The notes under the pieces: model-generated | The model's input: the letters and a program-made list of their open reading frames with translations, nothing else | The model's database searches: none | Told to the model about the DNA's origin: nothing | Part shown: positions 1 to 10,600 of the stretch, one piece after another | How positions within the stretch are numbered: position 1 is the stretch's first letter | Layout: each line of letters opens with the position of its first letter | Assembly: GCF_964355755.1 (NCBI RefSeq) | Contig: NC_092673.1 | Location: 28,269,648 to 28,333,647, forward strand | Reading direction: 5' to 3' | Length of the DNA: 64,000 nucleotides | DNA from: Antedon mediterranea | Lineage: Eukaryota; Animalia; Echinodermata | Position numbers and translations under genes: made by a program

Positions 1-796
1 GACGCACCCCCTAACTGAGAGTAAAATATCGGTATTTTTTATATCGTCGATGTATAAGACGCACCTTATATTTCATCAAAACAATGTTTTTTATATATTG
101 TAATCAATCTTATTGTAATAATATATTTTGTTATATCTACAACGGCGTCCTTTATTTAGGTTTTTTCTTACCTACTAGGCTCGGCCGCGGCCAGCCTCAA
201 CAAGTTGTTTCTAACTTGTTATTCATGAGTTTCGCACCCGCAACATCGAGTGCATGACCGTGTGTGTAACACGCACGTGTGTGGGCTAGCCTCGCTCGAT
301 CATTTCAAGAGGGCGCACGTTTTCACGGACAATCGTATTCGATTAGTATCTATGTATCCAAGAAGTGTGTACGCTAGTCCATGCTATAATCACCTGGAGA
401 ATATACTAGTCGAATACCGTACAACATGTGGCCGCCAAGAAGGGCTTGCGCTGGGGGTACGGCGGTCGGCGATCGTGCGTATAACTATAAATAAATACTA
501 TTCCAATCGTAAACGTTTACAAATGAAATTTTATCGGAGCGCCTAAAACAGCTCCATAATAAACAAATCTTTTCATCATATTTAGTATAACATCACGCTA
601 AAATGCCTTGAAAACTAGGCAGAAGCTGGTTGCCGTTACGTTAGTACACTGTAGCTAGGCCTAGCTTAGCCAACGAGGTGACGATATGTACACTCTGTGT
701 GGTGAAGCATTTATGTTCGGTGTATAAGACGCACCCTTAATTTAGAGGTCAAATTTGCGTGTCAAAAGTGCGACTTATACACCGAAATATACGGTA
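1..796. mobile_element. Right-hand part of a Tc1/mariner (Tc2/Kanga-like) non-autonomous DNA transposon
   Basis: Ends in CGACTTATACACCGAAATATACGG followed by TA. The reverse complement (TACCGTATATTTCGGTGTATAAGTCG) resembles Tc2-type termini. The sub-terminal motif TGTATAAGACGCACC recurs at ~51-65 and ~721-735. The left end lies outside the window. Confidence 0.6.
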
Positions 797-921
797 GTGT
801 TAAATCTAGGTTGTCACAAACCTACAACCTATGCCGACTTTAGATGCGACATTGAGTATAACAATGTGGCATCTAAAGTCGGCATAGGTTGTAGGTTTGT
901 GACAACCTAGATTTAACACTA
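795..921. repeat. Near-perfect 127-bp palindrome (60-bp arms, 7-nt loop)
   Basis: 795-854 is the reverse complement of 862-921 with one mismatch. Loop is AGTATAA. Confidence 0.95.
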
Positions 922-1188
922 AATATAATATATTATGTATGTTAAACCTTGGTATTAACAACTGGTGAGAAGAAGGTTGAGCTCTAGTATCAGATTATTC
1001 AAACTTGCTTATTTAGTAAAAAAAAATATCTTAACTTAAGTCAATGATTTTGCTTAGTCAGTTAAATAACCTAAACACATATTTTTGCATGCAGCAGTTG
1101 TTTCTTAAACCTTAGATGATTAGAACCATCCTATACAGGTGTATTTCTCTCAGTTACCTCCATGGTGTCATACCCATTCAATACCTAC

Positions 1189-1303
1189 CAGAATTAAGGA
1201 CCCCCTGGATCTCCTCTTTGATGTCCTTGACAACCAGAATACTCTCCGATTCCAGCAGATGGAAACAGTCAGCAATATCATAGCTTGCAGGATGGTGCTG
1301 CAT
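1189..1303 (-). CDS. TSC1: Hamartin (TSC1), first coding exon; gene continues beyond the left edge
   Basis: Translates MQHHPASYDIADCFHLLESESILVVKDIKEEIQGVLNS plus 1 nt, followed by a GTAGGT donor. Resembles the human TSC1 N-terminus (…[30 protein letters not shown]), which as recalled also has a phase-1 intron after LNS. Acceptor AG at 1372-1373. Short exon, so moderate confidence. Confidence 0.6.
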
Positions 1304-2049
1304 TATTCAGCTGTTTATAATTTTTCAAGCATGTTGTAAATTTCTGTTCTGACTGGCAGCGGTCATGTAATCTATTATTATGAGTATATAAAAAATGAAG
1401 ATTTATTATACAGTATTTAAATAAAAATATAGCATCGTGATACTTTTAATTAGTTTAAATCTCTCTCTGTCCTACTCCCTAAAAATCAATTTTAAAATTA
1501 AAAAGTTTGCCCCCTATAGTAGACAAGATAATATATAGAAACACGTCGAGGGACACACAAGCTTCGGCTTTATAATAAGTCTCAAAATCAAGTAAAATCA
1601 AGTAAAAAGTAACAAAAATAATTACAATTGCACTTTACTTATTATATTTTTACTAGTTTTATTTCAAAAGTTAGTTTTTAGTTTAATTTATTTACCAAAA
1701 CAATAGAGCCTACATAACTAGCAATAACTATAGACTGAACAACACAAACCAGGCCTTTATTTACTCTAAATATTGGGCCTATCTATACTGTACGCAATGC
1801 CATCAAAGGTCGAAACGACCAAACTCGACTCAATCGGTCATTGCCTCTCAAACATGTACGCACAAGATTGTCAAAACTATAGCTAGGCCTAGGCTAGGCC
1901 TCCTTCTATCTACAGCCTAAAGCTTGAAAAATTATTATTTTTCATTCCTAATTTTTAAGTAAAACTATACAAAAGCTAGCAAAATTGAAACTTATTTAGT
2001 TCTTAGTCCTAAGAAACATTTTATCTTTGAAAAAATAATGTCTCACAAA

Positions 2050-2820
2050 TTGTCACGCAAAAAATTACAAATACGTCGTGTAGGCTGCCATTTTGACTCA
2101 TGTGATTTATAGAGGGGGTAATTTAATACTACTGTATTATTTTACCACAAAAGATAAAAAAGAAGAGTGTATAGTACTGCAGTCTACATTTTTACTTTAT
2201 CTATTTAATAAACTAATATCTATTATTTATCTTTTTACCAATAAGATTAATATGAGTTCAGGAAGATCTAACTATCGGTGACCAGACAGAAATGACATTA
2301 CTCAACATCATTTTGCTGTTTTAATAAAAGTTATCCGTACAAAAAAACCATTTGTCTGACCATAAATAAGAGATATTCACTATATCTCTATGGTCTGACA
2401 CTGAAAGCCAGACACACACAGGCTTTCTTTCTTTGAACATCTTTTGCTTTACAAATTTGTTTTTGACCCGGAATTTGTGGTCAAAAGTGAATCTCAATCA
2501 CTATTTATGTGGACATATATTCAACAACAATTATTTTGTCAGGGGAAAGAGGACGTGCGTGCAGACGACCACGTGCACAAACTTATCTTTGTAACGTACC
2601 TGGATGGTGGTGCTCTTTGACCTCATCACACACTGTACATGTGATTCCTCTCTCGATTCTCGATGTGTTTACAATATCCAGGGTGTGATGCGGACTTTAA
2701 TCAGTCGCTTTGGTCGCTTTACAATGCTTCTTCATTAATTATTAAGTTTTATCAGTATATTATGAAATTGTGTTCATCTCTTTGTCAGTTGTAGTTAGTC
2801 TGGAACGCTATTGTAAGTAT
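2050..2820. promoter_or_regulatory. Putative divergent promoter region for TSC1 (-) and FMO (+)
   Basis: YY1-like AAAATGGCAGCC on the minus strand at ~2083-2094. E-box CACGTG at ~2570. Plus-strand donor GTAAGT at ~2813 could close a non-coding FMO exon 1. Confidence 0.4.
2361..2392. mobile_element. 32-bp P-element-like remnant or excision footprint with a 7-bp TSD
   Basis: GTCTGAC (2354-2360) | CATAAATAAGAGATATTCACTATATCTCTATG | GTCTGAC (2393-2399). Termini are CATA…TATG. Confidence 0.6.
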
Positions 2821-3166
2821 TTTCAACATAAAAAAGTGTTATTTTGTTCATAAACCAGGGAGTTGTTACTACTATACTAAGGAAGCAAGATTAAGAAGGC
2901 TAGTGCAGTACGCCACACTACTACTAGTACTAGTATAGTAGTACAGTACTATCTATCTATAATGATGAGTAAATAAAGACTCCATCTAGTATTAGAATTT
3001 AGTAAGGCTAGTAAGTTCTAGGCTATTGCTAGGCCTGATAGGCCTAGATTAAACTAAATTATGCTAGCACCAAACTTTCACTTCATTCAATCTAACTGAG
3101 AAGACATCTTTGTTTCATTTATAAATTATAGAATACTGAATTAGGCACATGAAATGTTTTATTTTA

Positions 3167-4213
3167 CGCCGTGGCTAAAGATACGGTACCGTTTCCTAAC
3201 TTCCGTCTACTAAAGGTACGGTAAAATTGCATTACGTCATAATCAGCCAATGGGGTGCTGGTACGTGTGTGACGTCATCGTATAAGGACTTTGGATTTTT
3301 TTTTTCACATCGCGAATGCCTATCGACGGATGGATGTGTGCGCTGATGATTCTGTGACTCATTATGTTTAATCCAGAATCGTCGATGCTGTAGTAATAGA
3401 GCAAGATCATGGGTTGGTGGACGTTACATAAAGAGTTTAAAACATGCACTCAATCTCAAATATTATTTCATTATACAACATTATACACTACACTACAGTA
3501 GAAATAAGAAATGTTGATATAGCCAAATTAGAAGTAAAGGAATTATAATTCAATGTGGGAAATTGTGTTGCGCAACCAAAGAATATATATTCTTTGGTTG
3601 CGTCGAGTTCATTCGTCCATAGTTACTATGAGGGTTTTATTTTGATTCCAAATGGCCTATTTAGGCCTATATTTTTTAATAAACTTTGTTTACAGATGGT
3701 GACCATAAACAAAAAGCAAATGCGGACAATAAAGGGACCCTCAAATACTATGATTTAGACAATAGGCCTAGCCCAGGTCTTAATTAGTCACAGAAATCAG
3801 CGCACACATGCAGCTGTCCCCAGCCTGGCAAACAAACTCATATACCGAGGCTATAGGTTATAGCATGGTTATAGTACGTAATAGGCGCCTCTTTTGAAAC
3901 GGTAAATTTCTGTATCCTAGAATTAAAATTAACATGTTTTGGCCTATCAATAATAACAGACGTAGGCCTAGGCTACATTTAGTTGTTGTCACACGACGGG
4001 GATATTTTATAATATAACGCTAAATGAAGCATAAAGAAAATGTTAAGCCGCCGGTTGATCACTGTTTTTATTTCGCGATATGAAAAAAAAATCTTTATAC
4101 GATGACGTCACACACGTACCAGCACCCCATTGACTGATTATGACGTAATGCAATTTTACCGTACCTTTAGCAAACGGAAGTTAGGATACGGTACCGTATC
4201 TTTAGCCACAGCG
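3167..4213. mobile_element. Non-autonomous DNA transposon with ~150-bp TIRs and a 9-bp TSD (Mutator/MULE-like)
   Basis: 3167-~3315 is the inverted copy of ~4072-4213 (CGCCGTGGCTAAAGATACGGTACCGT… / …ACGGTACCGTATCTTTAGCCACAGCG). Flanked by TTTATTTTA at 3158-3166 and 4214-4222. No ORF. Confidence 0.8.
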
Positions 4214-4343
4214 TTTATTTTATTCCTCCTTCCTTATCTACTACTCCTACTACAAGGTAGGTTTATACTGTATTTTGGTTGAAAAATAAGCAAAATGCAT
4301 ATGTCAGTATATATTTTGTGATTTTATTGTGATTCCACAGATC

Positions 4344-6097
4344 ATGTCTAAGCGTGTAGCCGTGATTGGGGCTGGAGCCAGCGGACTCACAGCTATCAAA
4401 TGCTGCCTTGATGAAGAGTTAGTACCTGTATGCTTTGAGAAAACCGATGAAATTGGCGGGTTATGGAATTTTAGAGAATATCGAGATGAACAAGCTGGTG
4501 TCTTTAAGTCAACAATTATTAACACAAACAAAGAGATGATGTGTTACAGTGATTTTCCGATTCCAAAAGACTACCCTAACTTCATGCACAACACGTACGT
4601 ACAGAAGTATTTTGATCTTTATGCAAAGCAATTTAACCTGACTAAATATATTCAGTTTCAGACTAAAGTTGAGCATGTTACTCAGTGTGAAGACTTCAAG
4701 AAGACGGGACAGTGGAAAGTCACCATTACAAACTTGAAAACAAAGACAGTTTCAACAGAAATATTTGATGGTGTTATGGTATGCAACGGTCATCACTGCG
4801 ACCCGCATGTTGCTGTGTTTCCCGGTCAAGACAAGTTTACCGGTAGAATTCTACACACCCATGAGTACATAGACCATCATGGGTTTGAGGGTAAACGAAT
4901 TGTGGTTGTTGGCATTGGGAATTCTGGCGGTGATGCGGCTGTTGAGTTGAGTCGACATGCAGAACAGGTGATTCAAATTACAAAATATAATATTCAGAAA
5001 CAATACATGAATTACAATAAGCAAATCACATGCAATATTTATTTTACAAACATACAAATGTAAAAGGGCATTCACATACAACAACACTTTAGCAGTCTGC
5101 CTTTTAATTTATTTATCAAATTTTATTTCAGGTATTCCTCAGCACCAGAAGGGGTGCATGGGTAATAAATCGTATTTCAGATGATGGTCTGCCTAGTGAT
5201 ATAAACAACATTACCAGATTTCATAATATTGTACCCATCTCAATCGTCAATAGCATTGCAGAATCACAGCTAAATGCAAGGTTTAACCATGCTAATTATG
5301 GTGTTCAACCGGAACACCGATTCTTCTCTCAGCATCCAACAGTAAATGACGACCTTCCAAACAGGATTATATCCGGCTTTTTGAAAATAAAGAGTAATAT
5401 TAAACGCATTAACAAGAAGTCTGTAGAATTTGATGACGGAACTTTTGAGGATAATATCGATGTGATTATCCTGGCTACTGGGTATACATTCAGTTTCCCA
5501 TTCATCGACGAGTCGATAGTGAAAGTGGATAAAAACCAAGCGTCTTTATATAAGTATGTTCTACCTGTTGGAGTGACCCCATCAACACTAGCAGTTATTG
5601 GATTAGCACAGCCTTGGGGTGCTATTATGCCAATATCGGAGATCCAAAGTCGTTGGGTGACACGCTTGATCTCGGGAGCAGTAAAAGCCCCGTCACAAGC
5701 CGCTATGATGAAGGAAATCTCTGCAAAAAAAGAGTTGATGGCAGCACGATACGTGACATCACAACGCCATACTATACAAGTCGATTGGATTACTTATATG
5801 GATGACATTGCTTCAGAGTTTGGAGTTAAACCGAATCTGTTCAAAATCTTTCTACGAAATCCTGCGTTCGCTTTGAGGTGTTTTTTCGGGCCATGTTATC
5901 CCTACCAGTACAGATTAAATGGCCCTGGTAAGTGGGATGGGGCCAAGAACGCTATAAATACAGCAATGGATAGAATTTTATATCCTACAAAATCTAGAGT
6001 TTTAAAGTCAAAGGCCAAACCAGGTAGTTTCACCAAAATATTGAAAATAGTTGCAGTTTTAGCAGTCGTCGCTGCTGTTTTTATGAAATATTTCTAA
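4344..6097 (+). CDS. Flavin-containing monooxygenase, FMO5-like (exons 4344-4967, 5132-6097; ~529 aa)
   Basis: FAD motif GAGASG; GGLW; FMO fingerprint FTGRILHTHEY; NADPH motif GIGNSG; VFLSTRRGAW; LATGY; C-terminal membrane anchor. Phase-0 GT-AG intron at 4968-5131. Confidence 0.95.
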
Positions 6098-6211
6098 TTT
6101 TAATGATGATATACAAATATAATTGAGAATGTTAATGTTGTTCAATTTATAAAGCGCTTTTACAATCAAAAGATTGTCCCAAAGTGCTGAGAGAAAAAAC
6201 AGAAAGAAATT

Positions 6212-6539
6212 AAGTCGATTGGATTCCTTATTTGAACGACATTGCTTCAGAGTTTAGAGTTAAACCGAATCTGTTCAAAATCTTTCTACGAAACCCTGAC
6301 GTGTTCGATTTGAGGTGTTTTTTCGGGCCATGTTATCCCTACCAGTACCGATTAAATGGCCCTGGTAAGTGGGATGGGGCCAAAGGACGCTATAAATACA
6401 GCAATGGATAGAATTTTATATCCTACAAAATCTAGAGTTTTAAAAGTCAAAGGCCAAACCAGGTAGTTTCACCAAAATATTGAAAATAGTTGCAGTTTTA
6501 GCAGTCGTCGCTGCTGTTTTTATGAAATATTTCTAATTT
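6212..6539 (+). pseudogene. Tandem degenerate duplicate of the FMO 3' coding end
   Basis: Matches 5778-6100 with substitutions and small insertions: GCCAAAGGACGC vs GCCAAGAACGC, and TTTTAAAAGTC vs TTTTAAAGTC. Confidence 0.9.
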
Positions 6540-7264
6540 GTATGACATGTGTAACATTGCTAGATTATTATAATAATTTGCATATAATAGAAAAGGTGCT
6601 ATATAATTAATTGCCATAAGTAATTAACTATGTTAATTCAAAGGTTGTTATTTTTGTGGGCAGGCACACCTAGTATAATAAACATTACTAACTAACATAT
6701 TAAATGTGCCAAAATATACTAGCTTTTTATATAGGAGGTTATTAAAATTCTGCGTTTAAAGAATTGTTAGAATGAATTTAATTAAATCATGGGACTAAAT
6801 TATGAGAACATCAATTTTTGCTGATATCAATTATTAGCCCCTTATAGCCTATTCTAATTGGAACAATCTTTTATTAGCCTACATGGGATTTTAAGACCAA
6901 AAAGTAATTTTAATAATATGATCAATGTTTTAAAATCAATTGTTTATACTGTACCATAAAACCCCGCATAACCTACTAATTCCTGTTAAATGTCTTTATA
7001 TTATGATTTTGTGTGTATTTTCTGATGAGTGACTGCTTTATAGACCTAACTAGCCTATATGAAAGAAAATAATATTTTGCTTGATAAAAAGGGATTGATT
7101 GATCAGATTAATTAAAGGCATTATTTTGAAAACTGTATTAACATTTTTAATTTATTTTGCGATCTATTCCATGCGCGCCCCCAACATTTAACGAACTTAA
7201 CACTCCGTTGAAAAAGTAGTAGAGAGAGCGCGCCTAAAATTTGATACACATAAAAAACAAAATC

Positions 7265-7690
7265 ACGTTACATTCCCGAAATGCATTGTGGGCGGTATAA
7301 AGAAGAGCTCCGCCGTACGGAAGTGGGTAGGTTTATGAGAATTATTGCAAAAAAAACAATATAATAAGCTGATGTACATATAAATTTTAAAATTACCGCA
7401 TATGCTACTTAATTATATTATAATAATACATCTCTATTTTAAAAGTCAAATGAAAATCAGTAAAATATTCATAAAACCACTTCGGATGATTCCAAACGTG
7501 AGAGGGCTACCTCCGTGGTATGACGTACTTCCGGAACCAATTTTTCCAATGCGAAAATACAGGAGTGATTTTTAACAATTGGCCGCTGTATCTTTGGTGC
7601 TTGCTGTGCAGGCTCCTCTCTGTGTACGTACGTGTGTGTGTGTGTGTGATCGTCGTCGAGAGAGGAGGATCAGGAGAGAACAAGATGTCG
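7265..7690 (+). promoter_or_regulatory. DAXX promoter / 5' region
   Basis: CpG-richer segment. ZNF143/Staf-like TTACATTCCCGAAATGCATTGTGGG (~7268-7292), ETS-type CGGAAGT (~7318) and ACTTCCGG (~7527), CRE-like TGACGTA. Confidence 0.5.
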
Positions 7691-10600
7691 GGAAACGAAA
7701 ATGTAGAAGGCCAAGAAGGCGATATGTCTACAAAAATATTCGATAAGGTGAATTTTGAAAATATTCCCGGCCTACTCTACTAGGTATAGTTTATGTATGA
7801 GGTCCTGTAACTTAACTTTAGCTAGGCTGTCGAGCTAGCCTAAAATAAAGTACTAGGCCTAGGCTAGGCCTAGGCCTCGCAGACTAGGGCCAGGCTAGGC
7901 CTAATAGGCCTAGCCTAGTACTAGTAGGCTAGTAGGCCTAGTACTTCTAGGCCTAGCTTAGTACTAGTAGTAGTAGGACTATCAGCTGCTATGCCAGTAC
8001 TAGTAGTAGGCCTCCTATATTCTATAGAGTAGGCTAGGCTAACCAGAGAGGGCCTAAATAAAATAGATGCTCCATGATGGGGCCTATCCATGATGGAGGT
8101 AGGCCTAGCTAGGCCTATCTATACATGCTCCATCCCCTCCATCCATCATATTCATGCATGGAGTACTCCATGATTCATGTGGACTAAAAATAGTAATATA
8201 TTATTATTATTAATAATATTATTATGATAGATCTTATTAAAATGTACTAGCTAGGTAAACTAGAGGCCTACTGTCATCTTTATTAAATGTACTACTGAGT
8301 CTACTGCTGTGTTATCGTTGGATAAATTATATTATTTATTTGTAACTGGAATAAAAACTAATTTCTTTAATTTGTTCAGTCTTTCTGTATCTATAAATCT
8401 GTAACAATTATTCACCATAGGGAATCCACCTAATATCCATATTTGGAAAGGTTACCTAAAAAATTATATAGAAATAAAGAGCCATAATATACTATATTAA
8501 CTTGAAAACTGCAATTAATTCTACAGCATGCAGGGCATAGGTGTTTTCCCTTTGTGGCTTAAACATAACGCACTAAACAAAAGAACAAAAGCAACATTAG
8601 TTTAATACATTAGCACACTCAATTAAGAAATGGGACACCCCTATTTTCCTTCTTTTTATAATGGTATAGTCCATACAAGTCGAGGTGGCCGAAAACGGCA
8701 CCTGATCCTTAGTTACTAAGTAGTCTAGGCCTAGTTCCAATAGCTAGCTTCCTATAGCATTTGAGGCTAGAGAGTGTACTACACTAGCTAGACTGGCCTT
8801 CTTTCTTCACAGTCCACGCAACACAGTTTGAAATTGCACGTGACATAAAACACACAAACGCGTAAAAAATGAAAATCTATGTATATAGGCCTAACTAGTA
8901 GCTTTGATGATGATGTGATGTGTAAATTAAAATGAATATTTTTTTTTTTACAGTTTATTGATGATGTTGAAAATCGCATCACTAAAGTCGATCAAAAACT
9001 TTCAATCCTAGCTTTGCTACGTAAAAAGTATAAAAATGCAAATGTGAAATATACAAGTTCAAAAGACTTTCGAAGCATGATGTTTGAGCATTTATCAGAT
9101 ATTAGAAAAAGAAGAGGTTCTATCTACCAACACATTCACGAGGTTTCACGTATGCTTAGTGCTGCAAAACTTAAAAATGGAAATGAAGTTGATTCAGACT
9201 TGAATAACGGAAATGAAGCGTCAATAGAAAATATGGGAGAAACTTCGTCAGCCACAGATGAAGTAAAAACCAAATCTCAACGAAAAAAAGAGAAGAAGAG
9301 AAAACGTAGAATTAAAAAACTTGAACTGCATTTAAAAGATTTATCAAAAGAGATTAAGAGATTAGGAGAAAAGGAGTTGACGCTAGATGATATGGACAAT
9401 GACGAATCAGATTATGTTATGGAAGGAAAACTTAAGTTACGCTTTAATCGTGTTTGGGAAAAATTATGTAAACTTAAAGACGTTTCAACCAGCACGGGTA
9501 GAGTTACGGAACAGTATTTAATATTTGAGGCAACTCGGTTTCAGGAAATCAATGTAAAGCTAGAGAAGTTAATGAACAAACCAGAATTTCCTAATTTTAG
9601 TGATGTTTTGATGGTTGTAAGAAAAGTAAATACCAAAAAAGAACTGCATTTGTCTGAAAGAGAAGTAGATGACATTGCTGAAAAATCTTTTAAAATAATT
9701 GGTAATCGATTACAACATCGAAGAGAAGTTGATCTTGCTTATAACTTTGGATCGCATTTAACAGAAGATTTCAAAGTAACTAATGATCCTTCTAAAATAG
9801 ATCAAGAACTGAATCAAAAACTTCGTGAAAATCGCAAACTCGGGAAAGAAAAACTAGGAACGGTTATAAATAATTTCTCGAAAAAACAAGAAGAGAATGC
9901 AGAAGGCTCAAGCGAAGATAGCCCTCCAATGAAACGAAAAAAAGTTGAAAACAAAAATGATGAGGAATCTGAAAATGGGGACGAAGAGGATGAGGATAAT
10001 GAAATTGAGGAAGAGAATGACGAAATTGAGGAAAATGACTTACAAGATGTAATTGATGAACTTAAACAAAGTGATGATAGCGAAAATGACGACAATGTGG
10101 AGATTTCAACTGGTGAAGATGATGACGATGATGATGATCTTGATGTTGCGAGATCAGTGGCGTCAAGTCTTGATACAGAAGATGACCAATTTTTACCAGA
10201 AGATATCACAATTTTTGAATACCAATCTGAAACAGAGCATGAACCTGAAATAGTAGGAGATTGCCACCAGATAGCTCATTGCAGTAAGGATGATGCCAAG
10301 TCCATTGAAATGGAATGTGTTAGTCTTGATTTAGAAGATGACCACCAGAATGAAATCGTGACTAAGCATGAACCAGGTACGGTAGAACACAATTCCAAGA
10401 CGACCAATTCGAGTAATTCCATTGTAGCGGAGGAGAAGTCTATTGATATAGAAAGTGCTAAACAGGGTTCCAAGCAAAGTACTACCTCTACAGGCAAGTA
10501 TAAGGCAGGTGGCGGCTTATTTCTTGCACATACTAACAATTTTTCACTCTCATGTTCAATGCCATAGAATGATATACTGTGTATATTGTATGTAAAGCTT

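Noticed and set aside
250-546. 98-aa ORF
   Set aside because: Lies within the non-autonomous transposon, starts at GTG and shows no transposase motifs.
7022-7065. CTGATGAG…GAAA as a hammerhead or C/D-box snoRNA
   Set aside because: No convincing helix II or III pairing and no matching D box or terminal stem.
9814-10539. Ser-rich antisense ORFs
   Set aside because: Shadows of the acidic Daxx coding strand.
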